Assembly (NCBI GenBank): GCA_965204805.1
Contig: OZ242013.1
Span: forward strand, 2,605,232 to 2,669,231
Direction: 5' to 3'
Length of the DNA: 64,000 nucleotides
Source: Dehalococcoidia bacterium
GTDB lineage: Bacteria > Chloroflexota > Dehalococcoidia > Lucifugimonadales > UBA3495
The notes under the pieces were generated by a model. It worked only from the letters and a program-made list of their open reading frames with translations. It had not been told where the DNA came from and ran no database searches. Position numbers and translations under genes: made by a program. Shown here piece by piece: positions 39,328-47,938 of the stretch (position 1 is the stretch's first letter; each line of letters opens with the position of its first letter).

Positions 39328-40155
39328 ATGGCCCACGAGGACTATACCCACCCCGAATACCTAGTGGAACCCGAGTGGCTGGCCGCCCACATAAACGACG
39401 CCAACGTCGTGGTGGTGGACTGCGACGTGGACGCCGCCTACAACCGCGGTCACATCCCCGGCTCGGTGGTGGTGCCCGACAACTTCGAGAAAGACCCCGA
39501 CACCGGGCGGGTGCACCTGATGAACCCGGAGCAGTTCCAGGCCATGTGCCAGCATCTCGGTATCGGCGACGACACGCTGGTCATCAGCTACGACAACTCC
39601 CAGAGCCTCTACGCCGCCCGGCTCTGGTGGGCGCTAAATACCTACGGACACGGCAACGCCAAGGTGCTCAACGGCGGCTGGCGCGGCTGGATTACCGCCG
39701 GCAACGGCGTGGGACTGGAACGCCCGGCTCCGGCCCAAGGTGTGACCTTCACCCCCAACCGCGACGAGTCCCTGCTGGTGAAGGTGGACGAACTGAAGGA
39801 AGCCTGCAACCTCGACGATGCCGTCATCTGGGACGTCCGAAGCGACGGCGAATGGGACGGCAGCGAGCCTCGCGGGAACCAGCGGGCGGGACACATACCC
39901 GGCGCGGTCCACCTGGAATGGTTCAACGTGATGGACCGCCAGACCCACCGCTTCAGGCCCGCCAGCGAAATCCGGCAGCTTCTCGCCGACCACGGGATCA
40001 CGCCCGACAAGAATGTTTACACCTATTGACAGGGCGGCATCCGTGCGGCGCACGGCGTGTTCGTCCTGCAACTGGTGGGCTACAACCAGACCAAGAACTA
40101 CGATGCCTCCATGGGAGAGTGGGCCAACCGCGACGATACCTCGCTGACGCTCTGA
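39328..40155 (+). CDS. two-domain rhodanese/thiosulfate sulfurtransferase with an in-frame TGA (40027..40029) at the catalytic Cys position: candidate selenoprotein, or a nonsense pseudogene
   Basis: The 233-aa ORF ends '...DKNVYTY*'. The same frame continues 'QGGIRAAHGVFVLQLVGYNQTKNYDASMGEWANRDDTSLTL*' to TGA 40153. Joined, it gives the C-x-x-G-x-R active-site loop and a normal ~275-aa length. Confidence 0.6.
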
Positions 40156-40171
40156 GCATCCTCCCCAAAAT

Positions 40172-40207
40172 CCCCTCCCCATCAGGGGGAGGGTCAGGGT
40201 GGGGGTG
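40172..40207. repeat. REP-like element family 1, copy G
   Basis: CCCCTCCCCATCAGGGGGAGGGTCAGGGTGGGGGTG, between the convergent rhodanese and kinase genes. Confidence 0.7.
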
Positions 40208-40228
40208 AAAACCCGGCTACTGCACAGT

Positions 40229-41155
40229 CTATCCCCCAAAGCACTCCCGCAGCTTGGCGCCGTACTCCGCCTGCGTGTAGCGGTAGGTCTGCGTGCCGTT
40301 GACCTGCACCGCGTAGTAACCGCAGACCGCTCCCATCTGCACCGCGCGCTTGATGCCCGCGCCGTGGGCGAGGCCCTTGATCAGCCCGCCGCGGAAGGCG
40401 TCGCCCGCCCCGGTGGGGTCAACAGCGTCGGCGGGGACTACCGGAACCCTCTCGGATGCGCCCTCGGAGTGAAACTCCGCGCCCTCCGCGCCCAGCGTCA
40501 CCACCAGGTGATCCACCATTCCGGCCAGTTCCTCCCGCGAGAGTCCGGCGCTGTTGGTAATCATCCCCAGCTCGTACTCGTTGCAGATGAGCATATTGGA
40601 CTGCCCGATACAACTAGAGAGGGCTTCCGGTTCCCATATCGGCAGTGACTGCCCCGGGTCGAATATGGTATAGATACCCAGTTCATTGTTCTTGGCGGTG
40701 AACTCCATCATGTCGGCCAGGTTGCCCGGCCCCACGATGGCCATGGTGTCGGAAACATCGACTCCATCGTGGTTGAAGCCGGCCTGGTGTTTCATGGCTC
40801 CCGGGTTGAAGCCGGTGAACTGGTTCGAGTTGAGGTCAGTGGTGATATACGCCCCTGCGGTCAACTCGTCCTCCACGATGCGAATATCGTCCGTGCTTAT
40901 CCCGCATCGGTCCAGCCATTCGAAGTACCGGTGATAGTCCCGGCCCATGCTGGCCAGAATTCGGGGCTTCTCGCCCAGCAGGGACAGCGAATAGGCGATG
41001 TTGCCCGCGGTGCCTCCGATATGCTCCGTCAGGCTGTCCACCAGGAGGCTGATGTTGATGTTGTCCAGTTGGTCGGGCAGGATGTGGTCGCTGAACCGCC
41101 CGTTGAAGTTCATTATGCGGTCATACGCCATCGAGCCGGAAACCAGAATATCCAT
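40229..41155 (-). CDS. PfkB-family carbohydrate/nucleoside kinase
   Basis: 'GGTAGNIAYSLSLLG' and 'DPTGAGDAFRGGLIKGL' (PfkB signatures). Confidence 0.85.
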   Translation of the reverse strand: MDILVSGSMAYDRIMNFNGRFSDHILPDQLDNINISLLVDSLTEHIGGTAGNIAYSLSLLGEKPRILASMGRDYHRYFEWLDRCGISTDDIRIVEDELTAGAYITTDLNSNQFTGFNPGAMKHQAGFNHDGVDVSDTMAIVGPGNLADMMEFTAKNNELGIYTIFDPGQSLPIWEPEALSSCIGQSNMLICNEYELGMITNSAGLSREELAGMVDHLVVTLGAEGAEFHSEGASERVPVVPADAVDPTGAGDAFRGGLIKGLAHGAGIKRAVQMGAVCGYYAVQVNGTQTYRYTQAEYGAKLRECFGG

Positions 41156-41221
41156 CAGAAACGCACCTTTCCTTTTCCTTTAGAAGTAGCCGAATAGAAG
41201 TAGCCGAAAATTCAGGGGAGA

Positions 41222-41257
41222 CGCCCTCACCCTAACCCTCTCTCAGAGGGAGAGGGG
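41222..41257. repeat. REP-like element family 1, copy H (opposite orientation)
   Basis: CGCCCTCACCCTAACCCTCTCTCAGAGGGAGAGGGG. Confidence 0.7.
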
Positions 41258-41270
41258 ACGCTAGGCTAGG

Positions 41271-41765
41271 TCAGCAGCCGTACTGCCCCTCAAGGGGGCC
41301 CAGGAACTCCACCCGCTCGCCCGGCGACAGTCCGGCCCGCGCCCACTCTCCGGCGTTCAACTCCAGCACGTATTGGGCGGGCAGGGGCGACTGCGCCTTT
41401 GGGATCTCCTCGTTGCTTGCATTGGGCGGCGGGGTTGGCACGTCGGCGGCCACATCAATCAGGCGGCATTGGCCGTCAATCCAGATGATGTCCAGGGGGA
41501 AGCGCATATCCTTCATCCAGAATTGCAGCGGCTGCTCCTCCTCGAACAAGAACAGCATCCCGGCGTCCTGAGCCATGGTCTCACGGCCCGACAGTCCCTG
41601 CTGCCGCTCATCGCGCGTCACCGCCACATCGACAGCATAGACGACATCGCCGCCGATGCGCACCGATGCCACGCCCGGCGAGTCCGTCGGCTCCGGGGCC
41701 GCCGTCAGCCCTCCGCCACCGCAGGACAGCAGGGTCAGCAGCAACAGGATTAGCGTAACCGGCAT
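41271..41765 (-). CDS. DUF192-domain lipoprotein
   Basis: Signal 'MPVTLILLLLTLLSCGG', then 'GLSGRETMAQDAGMLFLFEEEQPLQFWMKDMRFPLDIIWID'. Confidence 0.75.
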   Translation of the reverse strand: MPVTLILLLLTLLSCGGGGLTAAPEPTDSPGVASVRIGGDVVYAVDVAVTRDERQQGLSGRETMAQDAGMLFLFEEEQPLQFWMKDMRFPLDIIWIDGQCRLIDVAADVPTPPPNASNEEIPKAQSPLPAQYVLELNAGEWARAGLSPGERVEFLGPLEGQYGC

Positions 41766-41881
41766 CGGACAATCCCCGCAGTCATCGCCCGCCATGTTAT
41801 CTCACTGGACGCATCCCGCTCAACCCGGTGCTTCCGGTTGACGAATCCGTCGGGGCTGGGGTAGGCTTGCCCCGTACTCGC

Positions 41882-42460
41882 ATGGAGGAAATGGCTATGA
41901 CTCAGCAGGTCCAGCACGACACCGAGTCGGCCCTCACGCCGGAAGTCCGCGCGATGATCGGCGTGTCCGGCGAAGTGGTCGAATCCTGGGGCTACGTGGA
42001 CGAGGAATACCTGCGCCGCTTCACCCAGGCGGTGATGGACCCCGACCCCCGCTATTGGGACAAGGAATTTGCCGAGGGAACCAAGTTCGGCGGCGTCATC
42101 GCCCCGCCCATCATGGTCAGCTACATGGTGAGCCGCCACCGGCCCGAGCAGGAAGACCCCATCACCCGCGCTTTCCAGGAGAACCCGGAGTCCGACGGCA
42201 TCGGCAGCGTAGAGCGCCCCGGCGCACTGCCCTCAGTGCCCACCAACCTGGTGCGGGTGCTCAACGCCGGCAACGAAATCGAAGTCTATAAATACCCCAG
42301 CGTCGGCGACAAGATTTACTTCCAGAACCGCTACTCCGACATCCGCGAGCGCTCCGGGCGCGACGGGCAGGCCTTCCTGATAATCACCGTCGAAACCAGC
42401 TTCACCAACCAGAACAACGACCTGCTCTGCATCACCCGCCAATCGTCCATCCGGCGGTAG
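41882..42460 (+). CDS. MaoC/FAS1-like dehydratase, N-terminal-type hotdog subunit
   Basis: 'EEYLRRFTQAVMDPDPRYWDKEFAEGTKFGGVIAPP'. I trimmed the start to ATG 41882. Confidence 0.7.
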   Translation: MEEMAMTQQVQHDTESALTPEVRAMIGVSGEVVESWGYVDEEYLRRFTQAVMDPDPRYWDKEFAEGTKFGGVIAPPIMVSYMVSRHRPEQEDPITRAFQENPESDGIGSVERPGALPSVPTNLVRVLNAGNEIEVYKYPSVGDKIYFQNRYSDIRERSGRDGQAFLIITVETSFTNQNNDLLCITRQSSIRR

Positions 42461-42461
42461 T

Positions 42462-42550
42462 TGTCTGAACTATGATTTTTATGATTAAGGGATGGGCATG
42501 ATGGGGGGAATCAGGGAAATCCTCTAATCCTATAAATCACAGTTCAGACA
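42462..42550. repeat. palindromic intergenic element family 2, copy 3
   Basis: TGTCTGAACTATGATTTTTATGATTAAGGGAT...AATCCTATAAATCACAGTTCAGACA. Confidence 0.65.
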
Positions 42551-42572
42551 AAAATAAAAAGAGAGAACGAAC

Positions 42573-43133
42573 ATGAGCGTAAAACTGGAAGAGCTGCTGC
42601 AAATGGCCCCGGAGCAGATTCTCGCCCACAACGAGCGGCCCAGCGGCGAGCAGTTGCGCAACAAGCAGCAGATATACTACGAGGACGTGGCAGTGGGCGA
42701 CGAGCTGCCCAAGTACATCTACGCCCCCACGCCCACCCACCTGTTCCGGTGGAGCGCGGCCATAGAGAACTTCCACCGGATTCATTACGATCTGGACTTC
42801 GGCCTGAACCACGACAGGAACCCCAGCCTGCTGGTGCACGGCTCGTGGAAGCAGAGCGTGGTGCCGCAGTACCTGAAGGACTGGACGCTGCCCGGCGGCT
42901 GGCCCTGGAAGGCGCGCTTCGAGCACCGGGCCATGCTGGTGCCCGGCGACGTGCTGATAATGTGGGGCACGGTCACCGGCAAGGAGGAAAAGGGCGGCAT
43001 GGGCCTGGTAGACCTGGAAATCGGCATGAAGACGCAGGACGGCATCGAAAGTATGCCCGGCTCGGCCACGGTGGCCCTGCCCCTGCGCGACGGGCCGCCC
43101 ATCCCCTACCCCTTCGTCCCACCCCAGGATTAG
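42573..43133 (+). CDS. MaoC-like (R)-hydratase hotdog subunit
   Basis: 'FRWSAAIENFHRIHYDLDFGLNHDRNPSLLVHGSW'. Confidence 0.75.
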   Translation: MSVKLEELLQMAPEQILAHNERPSGEQLRNKQQIYYEDVAVGDELPKYIYAPTPTHLFRWSAAIENFHRIHYDLDFGLNHDRNPSLLVHGSWKQSVVPQYLKDWTLPGGWPWKARFEHRAMLVPGDVLIMWGTVTGKEEKGGMGLVDLEIGMKTQDGIESMPGSATVALPLRDGPPIPYPFVPPQD

Positions 43134-43138
43134 TTTCA

Positions 43139-43205
43139 CCACAGAGAACACAGAGCGCACAGAGAGAAATAAAGATAATCTCTGTGTACTCTGTGCCCTC
43201 TGTGG
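43139..43205. repeat. long imperfect hairpin built of CACAGAG units (family 3)
   Basis: CCACAGAGAACACAGAGCGCACAGAGAG - 13 nt - CTCTGTGTACTCTGTGCCCTCTGTGG. Confidence 0.6.
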
Positions 43206-43234
43206 TTTATAAACGACAAAGAGGTGACATCGGC

Positions 43235-43516
43235 ATGGCCAGGTTTCTAGCCACGCACAGCATATCGGGACTGACCGAAGAAGAACTCCGCAGCAAGCTG
43301 GGGGCCTACACCGGCGGCGTGAGCAAGTGGCGCCCCGACCGCCGCACGACCATACTGAAGGTCTACGCCGACACGTCCAGCGGCAAGCTCTTCACCGAGT
43401 GCGAGGCCGTGGAGCAGTCGCACTTCGAGGACTGGATGAACATGGTGGGCTGGCCCGCCGAGGAGGTCCGCCAGGTGGACCTGATATTCCAGACCGGCGA
43501 TATGTGGCGGGTGTAA
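43235..43516 (+). CDS. small DUF4242-like protein
   Basis: 93 aa. 'MARFLATHSISGLTEEELRSKL...KLFTECEAVEQSHFEDWMNMVGWPAEEVRQV' shows loose family resemblance. An RBS AAAGAGG lies upstream. Confidence 0.4.
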   Translation: MARFLATHSISGLTEEELRSKLGAYTGGVSKWRPDRRTTILKVYADTSSGKLFTECEAVEQSHFEDWMNMVGWPAEEVRQVDLIFQTGDMWRV

Positions 43517-43568
43517 AAGAGAGGGGCGGTCCGATGGCCGCCCCTGTCCGTTTGTGCGCCAGAGTATT

Positions 43569-45467
43569 CTAGCCACGCCGCCCGTGGCGGTAGGGACTGT
43601 CTACCCCCTCAATATGTCCCTGTTCCGATGGGGTTCTGTAGCCCTCGACAAAAGAAGATGCTCTAATAGATTCGACCACTTGCCCCGTTTCTGTCGGTTC
43701 ACGCTGCAAGTCAGGTTCCGTAGCTTCCCGTTGCAAGTCGGTCTGCCATGGCGGGGCATCAACAATCAAGTCCACCTTTGTCCACGGCAACCCCGGCCCA
43801 CTCGAATGCTTCTCGACACCCACCCGTCCGTACCTGTCGATAATCAAACGCAGGCTGGTTGCGGGAAGCCGTGACGAGCTGCCTTCCTGCCCCGATTCCA
43901 AATACCCGTCAATGGTGTAACGTGCTGGACGAGTATTGTCTTGAGGATCCTGAATGAAGACACCATTCGGATAGGTGATTGTTAATTCGTATTCGTGCGG
44001 CTCCGAATTTTCCTGTAGCAGAGGCTCAGACACAAATGGCTCGAACGGATTTGAGTCCCGAATGGGCCGACGCTCCGTATCGCCGTCATCTTGCTTGTGC
44101 TTGTAGTTGAAGTGCCGATACGGCTCGTACTCGACGTTCGCTCCTGTCTGCAAATCTTGCAGCACTATGCGAGCGGGTATTCGGTTAAGGTATAGAGGGG
44201 CATACGGCTCCTCATAGCTGTAGCAAGCCCCCATGCTGATGCTGACCAATTCCAAGTTGGGCGTTCCAATCAAGGTGGGTAACAGCTCGGTAGCCGTTAT
44301 TATCTTTTCCTCTCCAAACCATTCGGCAAGCTCTCTGGGGAAGTAGCCAGCTTTTGTAGGGCCTCCAACCAGGATGATCTTGTCAATGTCGCGGGCGATG
44401 TCTTCCCACATCAGTTGCCAAACAAATCGCATCTCCCCTGTATTCTTGTCTTGCGTGGCAATTTCCCCTATTGGTGGAACATCCTCACTTTCGTCGCGCT
44501 TCCACAGCACCTTGGCGCCGACATATGCGTCCCTAGTAGTTGAGATTGACTTCTGAGAAAAATTTTTCTCGCGCAGTACCATTTCCACTTGGTCCAAAGT
44601 GATGACGCTCCCATCACCCAAGACTTCGGACGGATTTTCTGGAGATAGCCGCTCCTTGGCCCGTCTTAATAAATTTGGCTGTCCTTTATAGGCTACTTTT
44701 TCGGTAAGCCCATCGTCTACGTCTGAACCACCCAGTAGCGGGTGCCCATCAGCCCCGTATACCAGCATTTCGTCTTCTTTGACCTCTACTAAGGCACAGT
44801 CGAACGAACCCCCACCTAGATCGTAAACGAGGTATGATCCATCTGTAAGGTCGCCAAGTCTGCGGGCAAGCGTCAGAAACAGGATGGGTTCTTCAGCTAT
44901 CCAGGCAACATTGGCTTTCCCTGTTACCTTAAGCAGTGATTGAGCCAAACCTTCACGGTAAGACATATCAGCGTGTACCGGGCAACCTGCCCGCCATTCG
45001 AAGTCACCGATAATGCCAGAGCGCCGGAATGCTTCAGCCAGGATGCGGCGAATTAAATCCCAAACCGGAAACTCTTCACCCCATACCCTGAAACACCGTT
45101 CCACAGGGTCCCACTCTTTCTGAGGCCAATCGAGAGGTTTCTCTTTGGCCGCTTCCTGAGACTTTCTGACATTCAAATGCCAGCCTACGTAGGCATCGCT
45201 GGACAAGGCGTTCCGTTTGATGTTGCGAATCACCAGAGTCTTGTTTTCTTCATTTAGGAGATCATCGGCATCTTCTCCAACAATGATGTCGATGTTCCCA
45301 GCTTGGTTTTTCTGAAATGCGACCACCGCAGGCATGGTAGTGGTGCCCTGCTCAGTAGTGGTGCCCTGCTCACCTATCCGTTTGACGTCAGGTGGAAGGG
45401 TTTGGTCAGAATCCCAAGTTGAAATCCGAACATTTGTTGTGCCGAAATCTACACCGACAACCTGCAT
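43569..45467 (-). CDS. non-canonical Hsp70/actin-fold ATPase with an unrelated ~220-aa C-terminal region
   Basis: Phosphate-1 'VGVDFGTTNVRIS', phosphate-2 'YLVYDLGGGSFDCALVEV' and adenosine motif 'KIILVGGPTKAGYFP'. There is no Hsp70 substrate-binding domain. The ATG overlaps the upstream stop (TAATG). Confidence 0.75.
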   Translation of the reverse strand: MQVVGVDFGTTNVRISTWDSDQTLPPDVKRIGEQGTTTEQGTTTMPAVVAFQKNQAGNIDIIVGEDADDLLNEENKTLVIRNIKRNALSSDAYVGWHLNVRKSQEAAKEKPLDWPQKEWDPVERCFRVWGEEFPVWDLIRRILAEAFRRSGIIGDFEWRAGCPVHADMSYREGLAQSLLKVTGKANVAWIAEEPILFLTLARRLGDLTDGSYLVYDLGGGSFDCALVEVKEDEMLVYGADGHPLLGGSDVDDGLTEKVAYKGQPNLLRRAKERLSPENPSEVLGDGSVITLDQVEMVLREKNFSQKSISTTRDAYVGAKVLWKRDESEDVPPIGEIATQDKNTGEMRFVWQLMWEDIARDIDKIILVGGPTKAGYFPRELAEWFGEEKIITATELLPTLIGTPNLELVSISMGACYSYEEPYAPLYLNRIPARIVLQDLQTGANVEYEPYRHFNYKHKQDDGDTERRPIRDSNPFEPFVSEPLLQENSEPHEYELTITYPNGVFIQDPQDNTRPARYTIDGYLESGQEGSSSRLPATSLRLIIDRYGRVGVEKHSSGPGLPWTKVDLIVDAPPWQTDLQREATEPDLQREPTETGQVVESIRASSFVEGYRTPSEQGHIEGVDSPYRHGRRG

Positions 45468-47254
45468 TAGCAAACCTCTGTTTCAGTTGACACGCTGGCC
45501 TTGAGGATTACCCGCTCGCCGACAACTACACCCGGAGCCGCTAGGCGCACCTTCGCTCCAGTGGGAATTGCTTCCGGCGAGTGGTGTAGCTTTGGATCAT
45601 ATTTCACTGTATCGCCAACCATACCTAAAGTCTCAGCTCCACCCTCGCGCAAAGCGTTGGGCAGAGTTGCTATCACGTTGCCAAGCCGATCGTCAGCATT
45701 CTTACCCTGGAGATACGCTCTCTGAAGGGCATCGCCTACTGCCAGCAACATATCCCACCGGATTTCAAGTCTAGATTCCTCACGCCCTGATTTCATTTGG
45801 GCGTCTAAGGATTCAACTTGCTGCCGTAACCGCTCCTGCTCCCACTGCCTCTGTTCCATATCAGCCTCGTGGAGCTGGCGCAAGGCTACCTTTTCTTCCT
45901 CAATACGGACATGAGTCGCGTGATAGAGTGCGTGAGCGGCGGTATCAGATGTAGTGAGAGCGGTATCCAATTCCTGCGACGCTTGGATCGCAAACTCGCC
46001 CGTGCCGTCGGTCAGCAGTAAGGTCGCCAGCACAAGCAGGTTCAGACGGTCCGGGCCTGTAGAGTAGCGGCTGTTAGCAATGTAATTAAGCAATTTGTTC
46101 TTGTCATCCTGCCCTGATGGTGCGGTTAGGGCAATCATCTCTTGTATCCGCTGTGCGCCTTTGCCCTCGGTCACGTCATCTAAGATGCGGTCCAGTTCGT
46201 CGAGGTCTGGATACCGGCGCGGAGAATCATCTATACGGAGAGCAGCTAAAGCAATTTCCCGCGCTAGTTCCGCACGGTTCTGGTGGCCTAGTAGATCAGA
46301 TACGACGCGAAACAGATTGCGGCGATTGCGGCGGGCATTGTTGTCGGATTCCTGAACTGCCGTCCACACGCCAGCGGCGAATCCCTGCTGCCATTCCTCC
46401 GGCTGACCACTCAACGCACCTGCCAGCAACAACCACTCACCGGACTTGGAGTATCCGACAGTTTGGGACAGCGGCATCAAAATCTCGGTAACTTGGGGGG
46501 CGAGATAACTTCTATCGAACAGCCCTACGCACTCATGCCAGCGCAACGACGCCCTCCCTACTGATTCCATCCAACCCGCGGCTGCCGGTTTGGCGGGCCG
46601 TTCAGACGCCAAAAACACTCTGGCACCTTGCAGCATCTTCTCCAACGCATATTGGATGGTCTCGGATGGCCAGTCGGCAAGAGCATTGGCTACGGCCTTT
46701 GGTGGATATCGTCCCGGCGGGGGTTCGTCCTGGTACGAATTGATCCACTCTTTCCATAGCTCAACTGGACTGGGATTTGGTGGAGGCGTCCAGTTCCTAG
46801 GCACAGCGTCAACAGCAGATAGGAGAGTGTATTCATTGCCTCCCTTAGCTTTATCAACCCTGAAGTGCTCCGGCAAGCTGCCCAACGGCTTGGTGCGCTT
46901 GCTCCACCAATTCTTCCACTTGCCGTCCTCGATTACCCAGCCGTCCAGCTTTTCACGGATGTCGGCGGACTTGCCGCTGTTGCCACCGACCGAGAGGGCC
47001 ACCGCCGTCAGTTTCAAGGGCGCTTCCTCGGCCCATGAAGCCAGTTCGCCAGGCCGTTCCCACAACAGGGCTTCAGCGGCGCCGTCAGGCAACGGCTCCA
47101 GAAAGCGTTGCGGCACTGAAACATTGGTAGAGTCCCAAAACTCAACCTGCGCATCCTCGCCGTTGAGTTCCAAGACTCTCCCGACTTCCGGTTTCGGGGC
47201 GCTGGGGCGATTGTTCCGAACAAACATCCCCGCCTGGATTCCTGATTCACTCAC
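45467..47254 (-). CDS. large protein with a coiled coil and a GrpE-like C-terminal domain (putative dedicated nucleotide-exchange factor)
   Basis: The C-terminus reads 'MLLAVGDALQRAY...LGNVIATLPNALREGGAETLGMVGDTVKYDPKLHHSPEAIPTGAKVRLAAPGVVVGERVILKASV'. It parallels GrpE 'LLPVIDSLDRAL...FGVEVI...PLDPNVHQAI...GYTLNGRTIRAAMV'. It is preceded by the long helix 'EEEKVALRQLHEADMEQRQWEQERLRQQVESLD'. The N-terminus is SH3/Tudor-like: 'GMFVRNNR...VGRVLELNGEDAQVEFWD'. Confidence 0.6.
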   Translation of the reverse strand: MSESGIQAGMFVRNNRPSAPKPEVGRVLELNGEDAQVEFWDSTNVSVPQRFLEPLPDGAAEALLWERPGELASWAEEAPLKLTAVALSVGGNSGKSADIREKLDGWVIEDGKWKNWWSKRTKPLGSLPEHFRVDKAKGGNEYTLLSAVDAVPRNWTPPPNPSPVELWKEWINSYQDEPPPGRYPPKAVANALADWPSETIQYALEKMLQGARVFLASERPAKPAAAGWMESVGRASLRWHECVGLFDRSYLAPQVTEILMPLSQTVGYSKSGEWLLLAGALSGQPEEWQQGFAAGVWTAVQESDNNARRNRRNLFRVVSDLLGHQNRAELAREIALAALRIDDSPRRYPDLDELDRILDDVTEGKGAQRIQEMIALTAPSGQDDKNKLLNYIANSRYSTGPDRLNLLVLATLLLTDGTGEFAIQASQELDTALTTSDTAAHALYHATHVRIEEEKVALRQLHEADMEQRQWEQERLRQQVESLDAQMKSGREESRLEIRWDMLLAVGDALQRAYLQGKNADDRLGNVIATLPNALREGGAETLGMVGDTVKYDPKLHHSPEAIPTGAKVRLAAPGVVVGERVILKASVSTETEVC

Positions 47255-47333
47255 GCCTGTTTACCCGCCTGTCATCGCAGCCGCTTCTAGTCCCATTCTA
47301 TTTTATTACATAACGCGCCCTTTGTTAAATACT

Positions 47334-47912
47334 TCAGCGCACCCGTCCCCACTCCTTTGGCGGCCAGATGCGCAGCCAGGCGCGGCCGATGATACGGTCA
47401 GCAGGGACAGGGCCGAAGGCGCGGCTGTCGGTGCTGCGGGAGGGGTTGTCCCCGAGAACGAAGTATTCGTCGGGCCCGTTCCACCAGTTGCCGTTTATTT
47501 TGCCGTCCGGGCCTGCGGGGATGTAGTCGGGGATTAGCAGGAGGTCATCGGCATACAGCCGTCCGCCGTCCAGGACAATGGACTCGTCGGGCATTCCCAC
47601 CACGCGCTTGATGAACCAGCCCCACGGCGGCGTCAACTGCCTGAATACCACCACGTCGCCCCGCCGCAGCCTACCACGATGAAGGAAGGGCGGCATCAGA
47701 AGCACATATTGGCCGTCCTCAAGAGTCGGGGCCATACTGTCGCCCTCAACTCGAAACCGCACCGGCGAGTCTTTGGCATCAGACCTTCCCATATTCACCG
47801 CCGGAGTAAATTGAGCGCCGAGTACGCCGAGAATTATACTGGAAAACCCCCTATCCCCTCGGCGCTCCCGGCGTACTCGGCGTTTAACTTCCCCATGATA
47901 GAATTGGCCCAC
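47334..47912 (-). CDS. lepB: signal peptidase I
   Basis: 'GDSMAPTL' (Ser box), 'IKRVVGMPDE' (Lys box) and 'GDNPSRSTDSR'. Confidence 0.9.
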   Translation of the reverse strand: MGQFYHGEVKRRVRRERRGDRGFSSIILGVLGAQFTPAVNMGRSDAKDSPVRFRVEGDSMAPTLEDGQYVLLMPPFLHRGRLRRGDVVVFRQLTPPWGWFIKRVVGMPDESIVLDGGRLYADDLLLIPDYIPAGPDGKINGNWWNGPDEYFVLGDNPSRSTDSRAFGPVPADRIIGRAWLRIWPPKEWGRVR

Positions 47913-47938
47913 ACCATATATGTCGAGGAGTCTCTCTG

